Notes: generated by a model not told the origin, from the letters alone. Shown: positions 55,736 through 63,989, numbered from the stretch's first letter. The stretch is 64,000 nt of DNA from Candidatus Anderseniibacteriota bacterium (GCA_046350855.1 JAXLZM010000004.1:10491-74490); one strand, 5' to 3'. Numbers and translations are program-made.

Positions 55736-57736
55736 TTACTGGAAGTAGACGGCTTCGACCGCTTGCTTGATGCTGTCAGGCACGACAACCGTTCCACCGT
55801 AGACGTTACCCTCTGCAATAGGGGCTGCGTTGACGGTCAAGTAGTCAGAGGTTGGTGTGGGCAGACTGGTTGGAGTAACCAGCAATAACGGTCGGTTGTT
55901 GAGACCAGAATGACGACCACCGGTCAGGGCATCGGCAAAACCAAGGCCGTTGGCGATACCAATCGTACGCGGTGTATTGGCGCCGCTAAAGAAGGCATCT
56001 GCAATGGCAACCGCGGTTTCAAAACGGTTATTGCCGGCATAGCGATTGACGGTATCGACGTCCATATCCGCTGCCACCATAACCGCATCAGACAACACTA
56101 CCGTTCCACCAACTAAGTCGACCGTATCGAGCGTCCCCGCAACCGAGTCAAAGTAGGAGGAGACCCCGGCATCCAAAGCTTTACTGTCGCTCAACAAGAT
56201 CGGCATAAAGTCTGGGTTGACGGTCTCGGCACTTGCGGCTGCACTGGCGGCTAACGCATCTGGGAAGTTACGCGCATTAGCCAGGATCGCCTCGGACGGA
56301 CCGTTTCCGCGAATCGTGTCCATCTCTGCCGCAACTTTGATCGCAGTTTCGATACGATTATTACCGCCGATACGCTTGATATCAAGGTCTGGGTCAAGCG
56401 CCGCAATTGCGGTCTCAACGTCACTGCTCAAAGCGCTGGTTCCACCAATCAGGTACAAATCTGTTACAGAGTGTGTGTCGTCGACACTATCAAAGACGCG
56501 CGTGATCTCGGCCGCAACGGAAGAATCGAGACTATCTTTGGGGTTAATCAAGAGTGGCGCATCCAGCAAGCCTGCGAGCGGGCCAGCTCCCAGTCCATCC
56601 GGAAAGTCTGCACTGGTCGCAACGACGATGGCATCGGCCGAGTTAGCGGTCGGAAAAGCGTCCTGATCGATCGCGATCGAGGTAGCAACGCGGTTAGCGC
56701 CAGACAAACGGACAAGATCCGTATCGAGCACCGCGTGGAGGCGATAATCAGGCGACGAGAACGTAATGTTATCGACGTTGATCTCTACACCCCCTGAGAC
56801 TTCCTGGGCATTAAACGGAACCGTACTAATCGTACTACCTGTCTCGGTGCGGACCACGCTCAAGCTCGAAGTGTCGATTTCATCCGGCAACAGCCCAAAG
56901 AATCCAGCTACCACTGCGGTTGGCAAAAAGGCCTGCATGCTGCCGACGTTGGGTGTCGTACCATCTGCCAAAAAGTGCGGTGCGCCCAGTGAGGCGACCA
57001 GGTCGGTCGGTCCCTCAGGCGTTTGTTCTGGGGTCACAAAGCCGCCCATGGCGCTCACTAACGCAAAGTACGAACCCGCCACATCCTCACCGTAGCCATC
57101 TTGGTCAAAAAGCATATAGAGACTACCACTCAAAACGTCCATATCGGATTTGGTCGCGTTGCAATGGGGTGGCGTAGCGGTACAAAAATCAAAATCTGAG
57201 CCGGTTCCAAGGGGCGTACGAGCGGGGGTAAGCGTTACATCTACCGAGGCCGCATCGGTACCAAGACCGGCCGTTGCCCAATCTAAGACGACACCGTGGA
57301 TCAGTGAGAAGGTATAGAACTCGTCCAGTTCACCCATATCGGTAAGTACAAGGTGAAACTGAGTCTCATCCGTAATAGGGGTGACACCATCCGGTGCCAT
57401 AGCTCCGGTCAGATCCTGGTGATCGTCATTGAGCCCATCGTGGCGATAGAGCGTGACACCGACAAAACGTCCCTCATCTTGCGCAGCACACACGACCGCA
57501 CCAACCTCACCAACATCGGGGTTGGTTGGATCGGGCACGACTTGGCCATCCACGGTCATGGAGGCAATTACCGGCCGGTCTAATCCAAGATCGTTCCAGG
57601 TAAAGTCGGGTGAACCACTATCACACTGACTCTGGTCGGGCATTGAATCGCCCGCTGCATGTGCCAGATGGGGCACAAAAAATACCGCGGCCACCAAAAC
57701 GGCCAACAGCGCTGTAACACTTTTATATGACTTCAT
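55736..57736 (-). CDS. Secreted acidic protein with unknown N-terminal domain and three CWB2 repeats
   Basis: Signal peptide ending AHA; RLSGANRVATS...FPDGL, RIGGNNRIETA...FPDAL, RYAGNNRFETA...FADAL. Confidence 0.88.
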   Translation of the reverse strand: MKSYKSVTALLAVLVAAVFFVPHLAHAAGDSMPDQSQCDSGSPDFTWNDLGLDRPVIASMTVDGQVVPDPTNPDVGEVGAVVCAAQDEGRFVGVTLYRHDGLNDDHQDLTGAMAPDGVTPITDETQFHLVLTDMGELDEFYTFSLIHGVVLDWATAGLGTDAASVDVTLTPARTPLGTGSDFDFCTATPPHCNATKSDMDVLSGSLYMLFDQDGYGEDVAGSYFALVSAMGGFVTPEQTPEGPTDLVASLGAPHFLADGTTPNVGSMQAFLPTAVVAGFFGLLPDEIDTSSLSVVRTETGSTISTVPFNAQEVSGGVEINVDNITFSSPDYRLHAVLDTDLVRLSGANRVATSIAIDQDAFPTANSADAIVVATSADFPDGLGAGPLAGLLDAPLLINPKDSLDSSVAAEITRVFDSVDDTHSVTDLYLIGGTSALSSDVETAIAALDPDLDIKRIGGNNRIETAIKVAAEMDTIRGNGPSEAILANARNFPDALAASAAASAETVNPDFMPILLSDSKALDAGVSSYFDSVAGTLDTVDLVGGTVVLSDAVMVAADMDVDTVNRYAGNNRFETAVAIADAFFSGANTPRTIGIANGLGFADALTGGRHSGLNNRPLLLVTPTSLPTPTSDYLTVNAAPIAEGNVYGGTVVVPDSIKQAVEAVYFQ

Positions 57737-57782
57737 GATGCGTATCCTTTAGTGGGTAGTCCTCCAAGGATACCACACCACT

Positions 57783-58184
57783 TTAGTGGCAGCCGAGCGA
57801 CTCGTAGCCGCGGTCAACACGACACAATTTGGGTCGGCCATTGGCAAACCAAGTATCCCAGTTTTTGGTCTGACACTCCTCGTAGGTAGCATCAATCGTG
57901 ATATCCGGCGGAGTACCTTTTTCGTGACAGCGCCCGGTTCGAGCATCGAGTTCGTTTCCATTGGGCTGAACATACTTGTACCAATGCTGATTTTTTTTAC
58001 AGTCACCGCGTGTCATGAGGGGCACAGTCCCGGTCGCCAAATAGCAGGAGCCCGCCTCTTTACTGGTCAGGTTAAAATTGACAAAGGTTCCGCCCAGACC
58101 AGAAAACCCAAGTACGAGCCAGGTCCCAGCTCCGAGCACAAGGACTACCGCGATCACTAACAAAATTTTAGTGGAAGTTTTCAT
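57783..58184 (-). CDS. Small membrane-anchored Cys-rich protein
   Basis: MKTSTKILL start with TM; six Cys in the ectodomain; TGCTACCCT box 6 nt upstream. Confidence 0.7.
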   Translation of the reverse strand: MKTSTKILLVIAVVLVLGAGTWLVLGFSGLGGTFVNFNLTSKEAGSCYLATGTVPLMTRGDCKKNQHWYKYVQPNGNELDARTGRCHEKGTPPDITIDATYEECQTKNWDTWFANGRPKLCRVDRGYESLGCH

Positions 58185-58306
58185 ACAACTAGGGTAGCAC
58201 ATGGTCCCTAGACAGCCGCCTCCCCTCGTGTAGTATCCGAGCCAGCCAGTGCATGGTTTCGATCGTGCACCCTGTCCATTACTAGTGTGTAAAGGAGACA
58301 AAAGTC

Positions 58307-59023
58307 ATGACTTCGGACACGACTTCGGCTTCGGCAGAACAAAACAACCTTGACTACGTCCTCGGCAATAAGCTGGTGCGGCTCGGTGGGTTGCATCCGA
58401 CGGAGTTCGACCAGCTGATGCGCAAAACGCTCGGAGCGGTACGGCCGCGCGATTTACGCGGTTTTGAGCCCCTCCGTAGCCTACTCAGTACTCCCGCTGA
58501 CTCCGATCCCTATTTGGTGGTCGATAAAACCACCCAGCTACTCTGGTCAGGTGCGGATGATAAGTTCACCCTGGACTCGCAGATAGCCTCTCTGGGCAGG
58601 GGGCTTGTGGGCCAAGAGCTTGAGTATCGCCGACACGAGACCAACGAGACAACGTGGGTACGAGTAATAGCAGAACAATGGGGCAAGTCCGCCTATCTCC
58701 TAGGAGGAAAGCGTGTACAACTCCTCCTGAGACGTACTCCAGATCACCGCAGGGCCGACGAGAACTTGATCGTTGCAACGTACGCGTTTAACAAAGTACT
58801 GCACCAAAAGCGGTATGTGATCCATGAGATCGAGGTTTGTCCGCTACCGCTTGAGAAATTTAGATCGCACTTTGGTTGCGACTACCCGCGATTGGCGTAC
58901 GACTTGCTGTCAGAACTGCGCCTGCTCTACCACAGAACGCTCGATGGTCTGGAGTCCGACGCCAGAGTGATCCGCCGCGATGCCGAAAAGCTCGAGCGAC
59001 TCACAAGCTCGATCTCGGACTAG
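58307..59023 (+). CDS. Hypothetical cytoplasmic protein (ORFan-like)
   Basis: AAGGAG SD upstream, terminator downstream; no family recognised. Confidence 0.7.
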   Translation: MTSDTTSASAEQNNLDYVLGNKLVRLGGLHPTEFDQLMRKTLGAVRPRDLRGFEPLRSLLSTPADSDPYLVVDKTTQLLWSGADDKFTLDSQIASLGRGLVGQELEYRRHETNETTWVRVIAEQWGKSAYLLGGKRVQLLLRRTPDHRRADENLIVATYAFNKVLHQKRYVIHEIEVCPLPLEKFRSHFGCDYPRLAYDLLSELRLLYHRTLDGLESDARVIRRDAEKLERLTSSISD

Positions 59024-59040
59024 TCCTATTAGGTAACGTA

Positions 59041-59076
59041 GAAGCCCTCTCGGTTTTTTATCGGGAGGGTTTTTTC
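59041..59076 (+). terminator. Intrinsic terminator
   Basis: CCCTCTCGGT...ATCGGGAGGG followed by TTTTTT. Confidence 0.75.
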
Positions 59077-59114
59077 TTAGCTCGGCATCGAGAACATAGA
59101 CCGCACGAGGTGTT
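59065..59114 (-). pseudogene. Relic 3' end of an ATP-grasp gene (direct repeat copy B)
   Basis: Reads KHLVRSMFSMPS* versus EHLVRAMFSMPS* in the intact gene; in-frame TGA a few codons upstream. Confidence 0.75.
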
Positions 59115-59153
59115 TTTGGACTTGTCACGTTTGTAGACTGCCCTACAGAGCCA

Positions 59154-59191
59154 AAAATAAATCGGGGGATGTTTTTTAGCATCCCCCGATT
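59154..59191 (-). terminator. Intrinsic terminator of the RHH operon
   Basis: Perfect inverted repeat AATCGGGGGATG...CATCCCCCGATT followed by TATTTT on the minus strand. Confidence 0.8.
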
Positions 59192-59196
59192 GACGA

Positions 59197-59448
59197 CTAC
59201 TTGGTGACCGGAATGGTCGTAACGACCTTGAGTGTCTCGCCTTGGGCGAGCTTGGCCAAGACGTAGTCGTAGAGACGCAAGGCGTTGCGTAGAACCTCAC
59301 CCTTGTTCTTGAGACCAGCCTTCTTTTGCATGTACTCGATGCGCCGGTACACCGAATCAGGGATTTCTAGCACAACTTGCTGACGCTTCTCTTTCTTAGT
59401 TCTTTTCTTCAAGACGATGCCCTTTCTGTAGCTTGTGGAACCGATCAA
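59197..59448 (-). CDS. Ribbon-helix-helix (CopG-like) DNA-binding protein
   Basis: QQVVLEIPDSVYRRIEYMQKKAG...GEVLRNALRLY. An alternative TTG start at 59412 has a GAAAGG SD. Confidence 0.7.
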   Translation of the reverse strand: MIGSTSYRKGIVLKKRTKKEKRQQVVLEIPDSVYRRIEYMQKKAGLKNKGEVLRNALRLYDYVLAKLAQGETLKVVTTIPVTK

Positions 59449-59699
59449 GTTGACCTGAGAGAGTCTTTTGAGAACAGACAGCCAACGATATGGATGTGTA
59501 GGGAGGCACCCAGAGTCGTTAGGCCATGGCGGGACACGCGACCGATAGCATCGTGACCGACTCTCGGCTGAATATCGTGCAAGCCCTCGAGTGCTGACAC
59601 AACCAGCTCTCTTTTTTCAGCTGCATCCGGCCGTGTTGACTTGGCCAAGTTCGGCCTACTAAAGGGAAGCAACTTACCTAGTTCTTCTTTGTGTGCCAT
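59445..59699 (-). CDS. Small hypothetical protein upstream of the RHH gene
   Basis: AGGAGAGG SD before MAHKEE; stop overlaps the next ORF. Confidence 0.5.
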   Translation of the reverse strand: MAHKEELGKLLPFSRPNLAKSTRPDAAEKRELVVSALEGLHDIQPRVGHDAIGRVSRHGLTTLGASLHIHIVGCLFSKDSLRST

Positions 59700-59760
59700 T
59701 TGCCTCTCCTGATAAAGAACCACCGCACCAAACTACTTCTTGAGAAATAATTTTGTGCCG

Positions 59761-59834
59761 TGGCAGGCGAGGAGGGAATCGAACCCCCGACGACGGTTTT
59801 GGAGACCGACGTGATACCACTTCACCACTCGCCC
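59761..59834 (-). tRNA. tRNA-Trp(CCA)
   Basis: GGGCGAGTGGTGAAGTGGTATCACGTCGGTCTCCAAAACCGTCGTCGGGGGTTCGATTCCCTCCTCGCCTGCCA; TTGACG-N17-TACAGT promoter upstream. Confidence 0.96.
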
Positions 59835-59937
59835 GTGCCCTCGACTGTACGTAAGAGCGGGCCATGCGTCAATTAAAAATCCGGGTGAACGATCAGACCG
59901 ACCGTTCACCCGTGTACTCGTAGTAAGCATTCCCCTA

Positions 59938-60057
59938 CTAGCCGAGCGCGTAGGGATCACCCCGCACCGCCGAGATCGCGACGATCGCCAGCATGGCGAT
60001 AAAGAAACAGACCACAAAGACAACCCCTCCGATCCCGAGCCAAAACAACCACGACAT
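59938..60057 (-). CDS. 39-aa single-TM small protein (not in the ORF track)
   Basis: MSWLFWLGIGGVVFVVCFFIAMLAIVAISAVRGDPYALG*; AGGAGGT SD; TTGCCA-N17-TAGGGT promoter; hairpin at 59882-59911. Confidence 0.65.
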   Translation of the reverse strand: MSWLFWLGIGGVVFVVCFFIAMLAIVAISAVRGDPYALG

Positions 60058-60109
60058 AGGCCACCTCCTAAGCGAACCCTACGGAGTTGGTGTCAATTTG
60101 GCAAGTAGC

Positions 60110-61027
60110 CTACTCGAGCGAGAAGATCACTAAGCCGTAGTCATTGTTGAACTCATCCAGCAAGACCGAGTCGATCTCGCAGTTTTCTGCCGCTTTAGAA
60201 GGCGGATTTATGTCTTCGAGTTGGCCGGGCTGGCAGGTTTCGGCTGGCTTTGACGTTCCCTCCGGTTGTAATTTTGCGATACCAATCTCGTTAGATCCGT
60301 TAGGAGTGTCGTTGGTGTAATCAGAGCGCCGGTAAAAAGAAATCACCACATCGCCGTTGGTCATAACGATCTGGAGCTCCATTAAGAGCGCGGGGTCATC
60401 CGGCAAAGCACTCTGAGTAGAAAAACTATAGTAGTACATACCCCTAAAGGATCCATCAGCCGACTCGATGTAGGTCGGATTGGTTGCTGCCGCTACCCCT
60501 GCATTAACCGGCGGAACCACAAGGATCTCTTTACCTACTGCACGATTTTTATATACGTCCAATAGTTTGGTGGCGTCTGGTACGCGACTATCTTGTTGAT
60601 CGGTGGCGGCAAGAATGTCTTCTATCTTTGCAATGCGCACTGACCTAAACGCATTGGAGCCCTCTGGCAGGTTAAAATCAAACGTGAGGCCCTCTTCGGC
60701 AAATCCGTAGAGCGAGTTGCCTACACCGGTGGTACTGTCCACTTTGGGAGAACCCCACTCCGGTGGGTAGCTAAAACTCAGATCGTAGTCTTTGCCGTTA
60801 TAGGTTTTCCAGTCGCTCGGGACCGTGTCGCTGGATTCTTTATCGGTGTTGGTTGGCACAACCTCCGTACTGTTGGCTGTATCCTCCTGCGCAGACCGCG
60901 CACTATCGTCCGTGGGTTCGGCCTGGCCCATCAAAAAGTACCAGCCAAAAAAGATGCCGGCACCAAGCAGAATCCCGCCCAGCAGACTGAGTGAGATCGC
61001 GAGACCTAATTTGGAAGTGTGTGACAT
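60110..61027 (-). CDS. Membrane-anchored protein with a PsbP-like 'WKTY...FSYP..W' motif
   Basis: TM, linker, DWKTYNGKDYDLSFSYPPEW. Start at MSHTSK. Confidence 0.75.
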   Translation of the reverse strand: MSHTSKLGLAISLSLLGGILLGAGIFFGWYFLMGQAEPTDDSARSAQEDTANSTEVVPTNTDKESSDTVPSDWKTYNGKDYDLSFSYPPEWGSPKVDSTTGVGNSLYGFAEEGLTFDFNLPEGSNAFRSVRIAKIEDILAATDQQDSRVPDATKLLDVYKNRAVGKEILVVPPVNAGVAAATNPTYIESADGSFRGMYYYSFSTQSALPDDPALLMELQIVMTNGDVVISFYRRSDYTNDTPNGSNEIGIAKLQPEGTSKPAETCQPGQLEDINPPSKAAENCEIDSVLLDEFNNDYGLVIFSLE

Positions 61028-61060
61028 GCAGCGAGTATACCAGAGTGGTACACTGCCGGC

Positions 61061-61504
61061 ATGCTTCAAAAACGCACAGCCGTACTCTATTTTGCTTGGG
61101 CCGTTTCGCTGGCGGGCTTGCTGGGTAGCTTGTACTACAGCGAAATCCGCCACCTCGTGCCCTGCGTTTTGTGCTGGTACCAGCGCATCTGCCTGTATCC
61201 GCTCGCAGTCATTTTTGCGGTGGGCCTTCTCAAAAAAGACAAGTACCTCCCCTACTATGTCTTGCCGCTCTCGTTGATCGGTGGGGGCATCGCACTCTTC
61301 CACTACCTCTTACAGCTCGGAATTATTCCGGACTCGTTAGCGCCCTGCACACAAGGCATCTCCTGCGCCTCGGTGTACGTCGAGTATTTTGGGTTCATCA
61401 CGATCCCCTTTATGTCACTGGTCGCCTTTACAATCATCTCGATCTGCATGTGGCTTACCCTCCGATGGAACAAAGCAGCTTCAGCCACTAATACACTCGC
61501 ATGA
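61061..61504 (+). CDS. dsbB: Disulfide bond formation protein DsbB/BdbC
   Basis: GSLYYSE...PCVLCWYQRICLYP; second Cys pair; GFITIPFMSL. Confidence 0.93.
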   Translation: MLQKRTAVLYFAWAVSLAGLLGSLYYSEIRHLVPCVLCWYQRICLYPLAVIFAVGLLKKDKYLPYYVLPLSLIGGGIALFHYLLQLGIIPDSLAPCTQGISCASVYVEYFGFITIPFMSLVAFTIISICMWLTLRWNKAASATNTLA

Positions 61505-62169
61505 ACGTCAAAGTAATCATTGGTATCGTCGTCGGTACCGCCCTCTTGATTGGGGGGCTCGTATTTTGGGGTAACAAAACCATCCCAACTAAACTCGGCA
61601 CCAAAACGGATGGGGCGGCGCAATTAGTGCGTGAGTATAGTCCGGCGATCGGTGCGACCACGGAAGTTGCTAAAGTAACGCTGGTTGAATTTGGTGACTT
61701 TGAATGCCCGGCTTGTGCCGGCGCAGCTCCAATTTTACGAGAGCTGGTCAAGCAAACAAAAGACCTGCGCTTAGTTTTTAGGCATTTTCCGCTCGACCAG
61801 CACCTCAACGCTGAGACGGTTGCTAAGGCGGCCGAGGCGGCCAACGCCCAGGGCAAGTTTTGGGAGCTCTACGACCTCGCCTATGCCCGGCAGAGTGAGT
61901 GGAACAGCCTCTCGATCAAGGACGCCGAGGCCAAGTTTGAGTCATACGCGGCTGAACTCGGACTCGATCTGGAGCGTTTTAAACAAGACCGCACTAAGGC
62001 AGCACTCCTCGATCATATTCGACTCGACAAAGGTGAAGGGTTGGCACTCGGCGTGACCGCGACCCCTACGCTCTATTTAAACGGCACCAAGTACGAGGGT
62101 GACCGCGACCTCGAGTCGCTCAAAAAAGCGGTGGCTGCGGCTCGCACGAGTCCCGCGCCGGCTGACTAA
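61501..62169 (+). CDS. DsbA-family thiol-disulfide oxidoreductase
   Basis: VEFGDFECPAC, FRHFPL, QGKFWE, GVTATPT. Confidence 0.93.
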   Translation: MNVKVIIGIVVGTALLIGGLVFWGNKTIPTKLGTKTDGAAQLVREYSPAIGATTEVAKVTLVEFGDFECPACAGAAPILRELVKQTKDLRLVFRHFPLDQHLNAETVAKAAEAANAQGKFWELYDLAYARQSEWNSLSIKDAEAKFESYAAELGLDLERFKQDRTKAALLDHIRLDKGEGLALGVTATPTLYLNGTKYEGDRDLESLKKAVAAARTSPAPAD

Positions 62170-63542
62170 GCCGTTCCCCTGCCCTTGATAATCAGCTTGA
62201 CCGTGCGGATCACGATCGCGATGTCCAGGGCGAGCGAACGGTTTTTTAAGTAGTAGAGGTCGTACTGGATTTTTTCGAGCGTGTCACGCTCGGAGGCACT
62301 GGTCAGCACGTTACGCACCTGGGCCCAACCGGTCATGCCCGGCTTGATCATGTGCCGCTCGTGGTAGAACGGAATTTTTTGCTCCAGGCGCTGGACGTTC
62401 TCTAGGTACTCGGCGCGCGGGCCAATAAAGTTCATGTCACCCGCGACGATGTTGAGGAGTTGCGGCAGTTCATCCAGATGGGTCTTGCGGAGGATGCGAC
62501 CAACCGAGGTGACCCGTGGATCGTTGGTGCCCGTGATCAAGCCGCTGCCGACCTGCGCTGCATTAGGGACCATGGTACGGAACTTATAAAACCTAAACGG
62601 TCGACCCCAGAGGCCGACTCGCTCGGTTTTTTCGACAAAAATGGGCCCGCGGCTGGTGAGCTGCTGGGCGATGATAATAATCGGCCAGAGCGGTGCGGAG
62701 ATGAGGAGAAAAAACAACCCCAGCCCACGATTAACAAATTCTTCGCCGTAGCGTCTAAACTCGCTGCGCTGTCCGAGGTTGGCAAAGAGCATGTTGAGCT
62801 GTCCCACGTGTTGGACGGGGGTCATACCGGTGAGCTCCTCGTAGAGATCGGTCAACTCGCGCACGTGGATGCCACGACGTTTAAGGGTCACGACGGCACG
62901 GACCAGTCGATCATCGGCCGAACCCTGTGTGCCCAATACGATCGTGTCGACTTTGCCGGCGCGGACCAAGGCGGGCAGCTCAGCTAGGGTGACCAACGGG
63001 AGGGTACCGGACAGGGCGCGTGGTCGTGGCGCCAAAATACCCGCCACGTGGTAGGGCGAGTGAGCACGCTCGGCCAAAAGAGTGACGACTTCGAGTGCAC
63101 TGGGGTCGGTGCCCACCACGAGCAAATTCTCCTTAAGAGAACGCGAAACGAGCGCCCGACCGTAGACGATGCGCGCCAACCAAAGCAGCAGCACGATCAA
63201 GAGAGCCGCCACCACCAACGCACGGGCCGAAAACTCCGGTGCACCAGGCAGAACAAAAAACAAAAAGCCTGTCGCCACGCCCCCGGCGCCCGCCGCGAGC
63301 ACCATTGCACTCAGACCCTTCCAAGGAGTTACGATCTCCTCCAAGTGGTAGCCCTGCACAAAATAGACCGCCAACAAAAAGACGATCACCGGCAAGACAA
63401 AGTACCAGGTGTCGCCAAATACGAGTTCATCAAAATAGCCTGGACGAGTCGCCACCCGCAGGGCCACGAGCAAGGCACCCGTAATCAACAAAGCGTCGAC
63501 TACCAGGAGTAGCACCTTTCGCGTAAGCGTCTTGGAGGCCAT
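62166..63542 (-). CDS. Polyprenyl glycosylphosphotransferase (WcaJ/WbaP-like sugar transferase)
   Basis: [40 protein letters not shown]. Confidence 0.93.
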   Translation of the reverse strand: MASKTLTRKVLLLVVDALLITGALLVALRVATRPGYFDELVFGDTWYFVLPVIVFLLAVYFVQGYHLEEIVTPWKGLSAMVLAAGAGGVATGFLFFVLPGAPEFSARALVVAALLIVLLLWLARIVYGRALVSRSLKENLLVVGTDPSALEVVTLLAERAHSPYHVAGILAPRPRALSGTLPLVTLAELPALVRAGKVDTIVLGTQGSADDRLVRAVVTLKRRGIHVRELTDLYEELTGMTPVQHVGQLNMLFANLGQRSEFRRYGEEFVNRGLGLFFLLISAPLWPIIIIAQQLTSRGPIFVEKTERVGLWGRPFRFYKFRTMVPNAAQVGSGLITGTNDPRVTSVGRILRKTHLDELPQLLNIVAGDMNFIGPRAEYLENVQRLEQKIPFYHERHMIKPGMTGWAQVRNVLTSASERDTLEKIQYDLYYLKNRSLALDIAIVIRTVKLIIKGRGTA

Positions 63543-63554
63543 TGGCCTAGTCCC

Positions 63555-63725
63555 CTATTTCTTTTTTGATTTGAGCTTAGTCTCCTTGTGCGGTGTGTGC
63601 TTTTTGCAGTGTTTGCAGTACTTATTGGAGAGCAGTTTTTCCTTAACCAAGCGCGATTTGTGCGTGTGGTAGTTGATTCGTTTACAGGCAGAACAGCTCA
63701 AGCCCAAAAGGCGTTCTTGTGACAT
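63555..63725 (-). CDS. rpmG: 50S ribosomal protein L33 (Zn-ribbon, C+ form)
   Basis: LSCSACKRINY...KYCKHCKKHTPHKE; follows tRNA-Thr. Confidence 0.93.
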   Translation of the reverse strand: MSQERLLGLSCSACKRINYHTHKSRLVKEKLLSNKYCKHCKKHTPHKETKLKSKKK

Positions 63726-63781
63726 AGGTGCACAGTAAACCGCATCCCGCCCCAGATTGCAAGGCCGCATGTCGCAAAGAC

Positions 63782-63855
63782 TGGAGCCCTCGCGCAGAAT
63801 CGGACTGCGGTATCGCCCTTACCATGGGCGCGCTCTACCACTGAGCTACGAGGGC
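63782..63855 (-). tRNA. tRNA-Thr(GGT)
   Basis: GCCCTCGTAGCTCAGTGGTAGAGCGCGCCCATGGTAAGGGCGATACCGCAGTCCGATTCTGCGCGAGGGCTCCA. Confidence 0.92.
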
Positions 63856-63914
63856 ACGCGCGTCATTCTTACCTACCCGTGAGGCATTGTCTACTTTTCT
63901 AAATAATTTTTCAC

Positions 63915-63989
63915 TGGAGCCGGCGGTCGGATTTGAACCGACGACCTACTGTTTACAAAACAGTTGCTCTACCACTGAGCTACGCCGGC
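63915..63989 (-). tRNA. tRNA-Thr(TGT)
   Basis: GCCGGCGTAGCTCAGTGGTAGAGCAACTGTTTTGTAAACAGTAGGTCGTCGGTTCAAATCCGACCGCCGGCTCCA. Confidence 0.97.

Noticed and set aside
57786-57796. TGGCAGCCGAG resembling the tRNA-Trp 3' end (TGGCAGGCGAG) as a possible att site
   Set aside because: Only 10/11 nt, inside a coding 3' end, with no integrase; compatible with chance.
58910-59182. 90-aa minus-strand ORF with an apparent GGGGG SD
   Set aside because: Its start lies inside the terminator inverted repeat (59160-59191), and it runs through another terminator and overlaps the 58307 gene.
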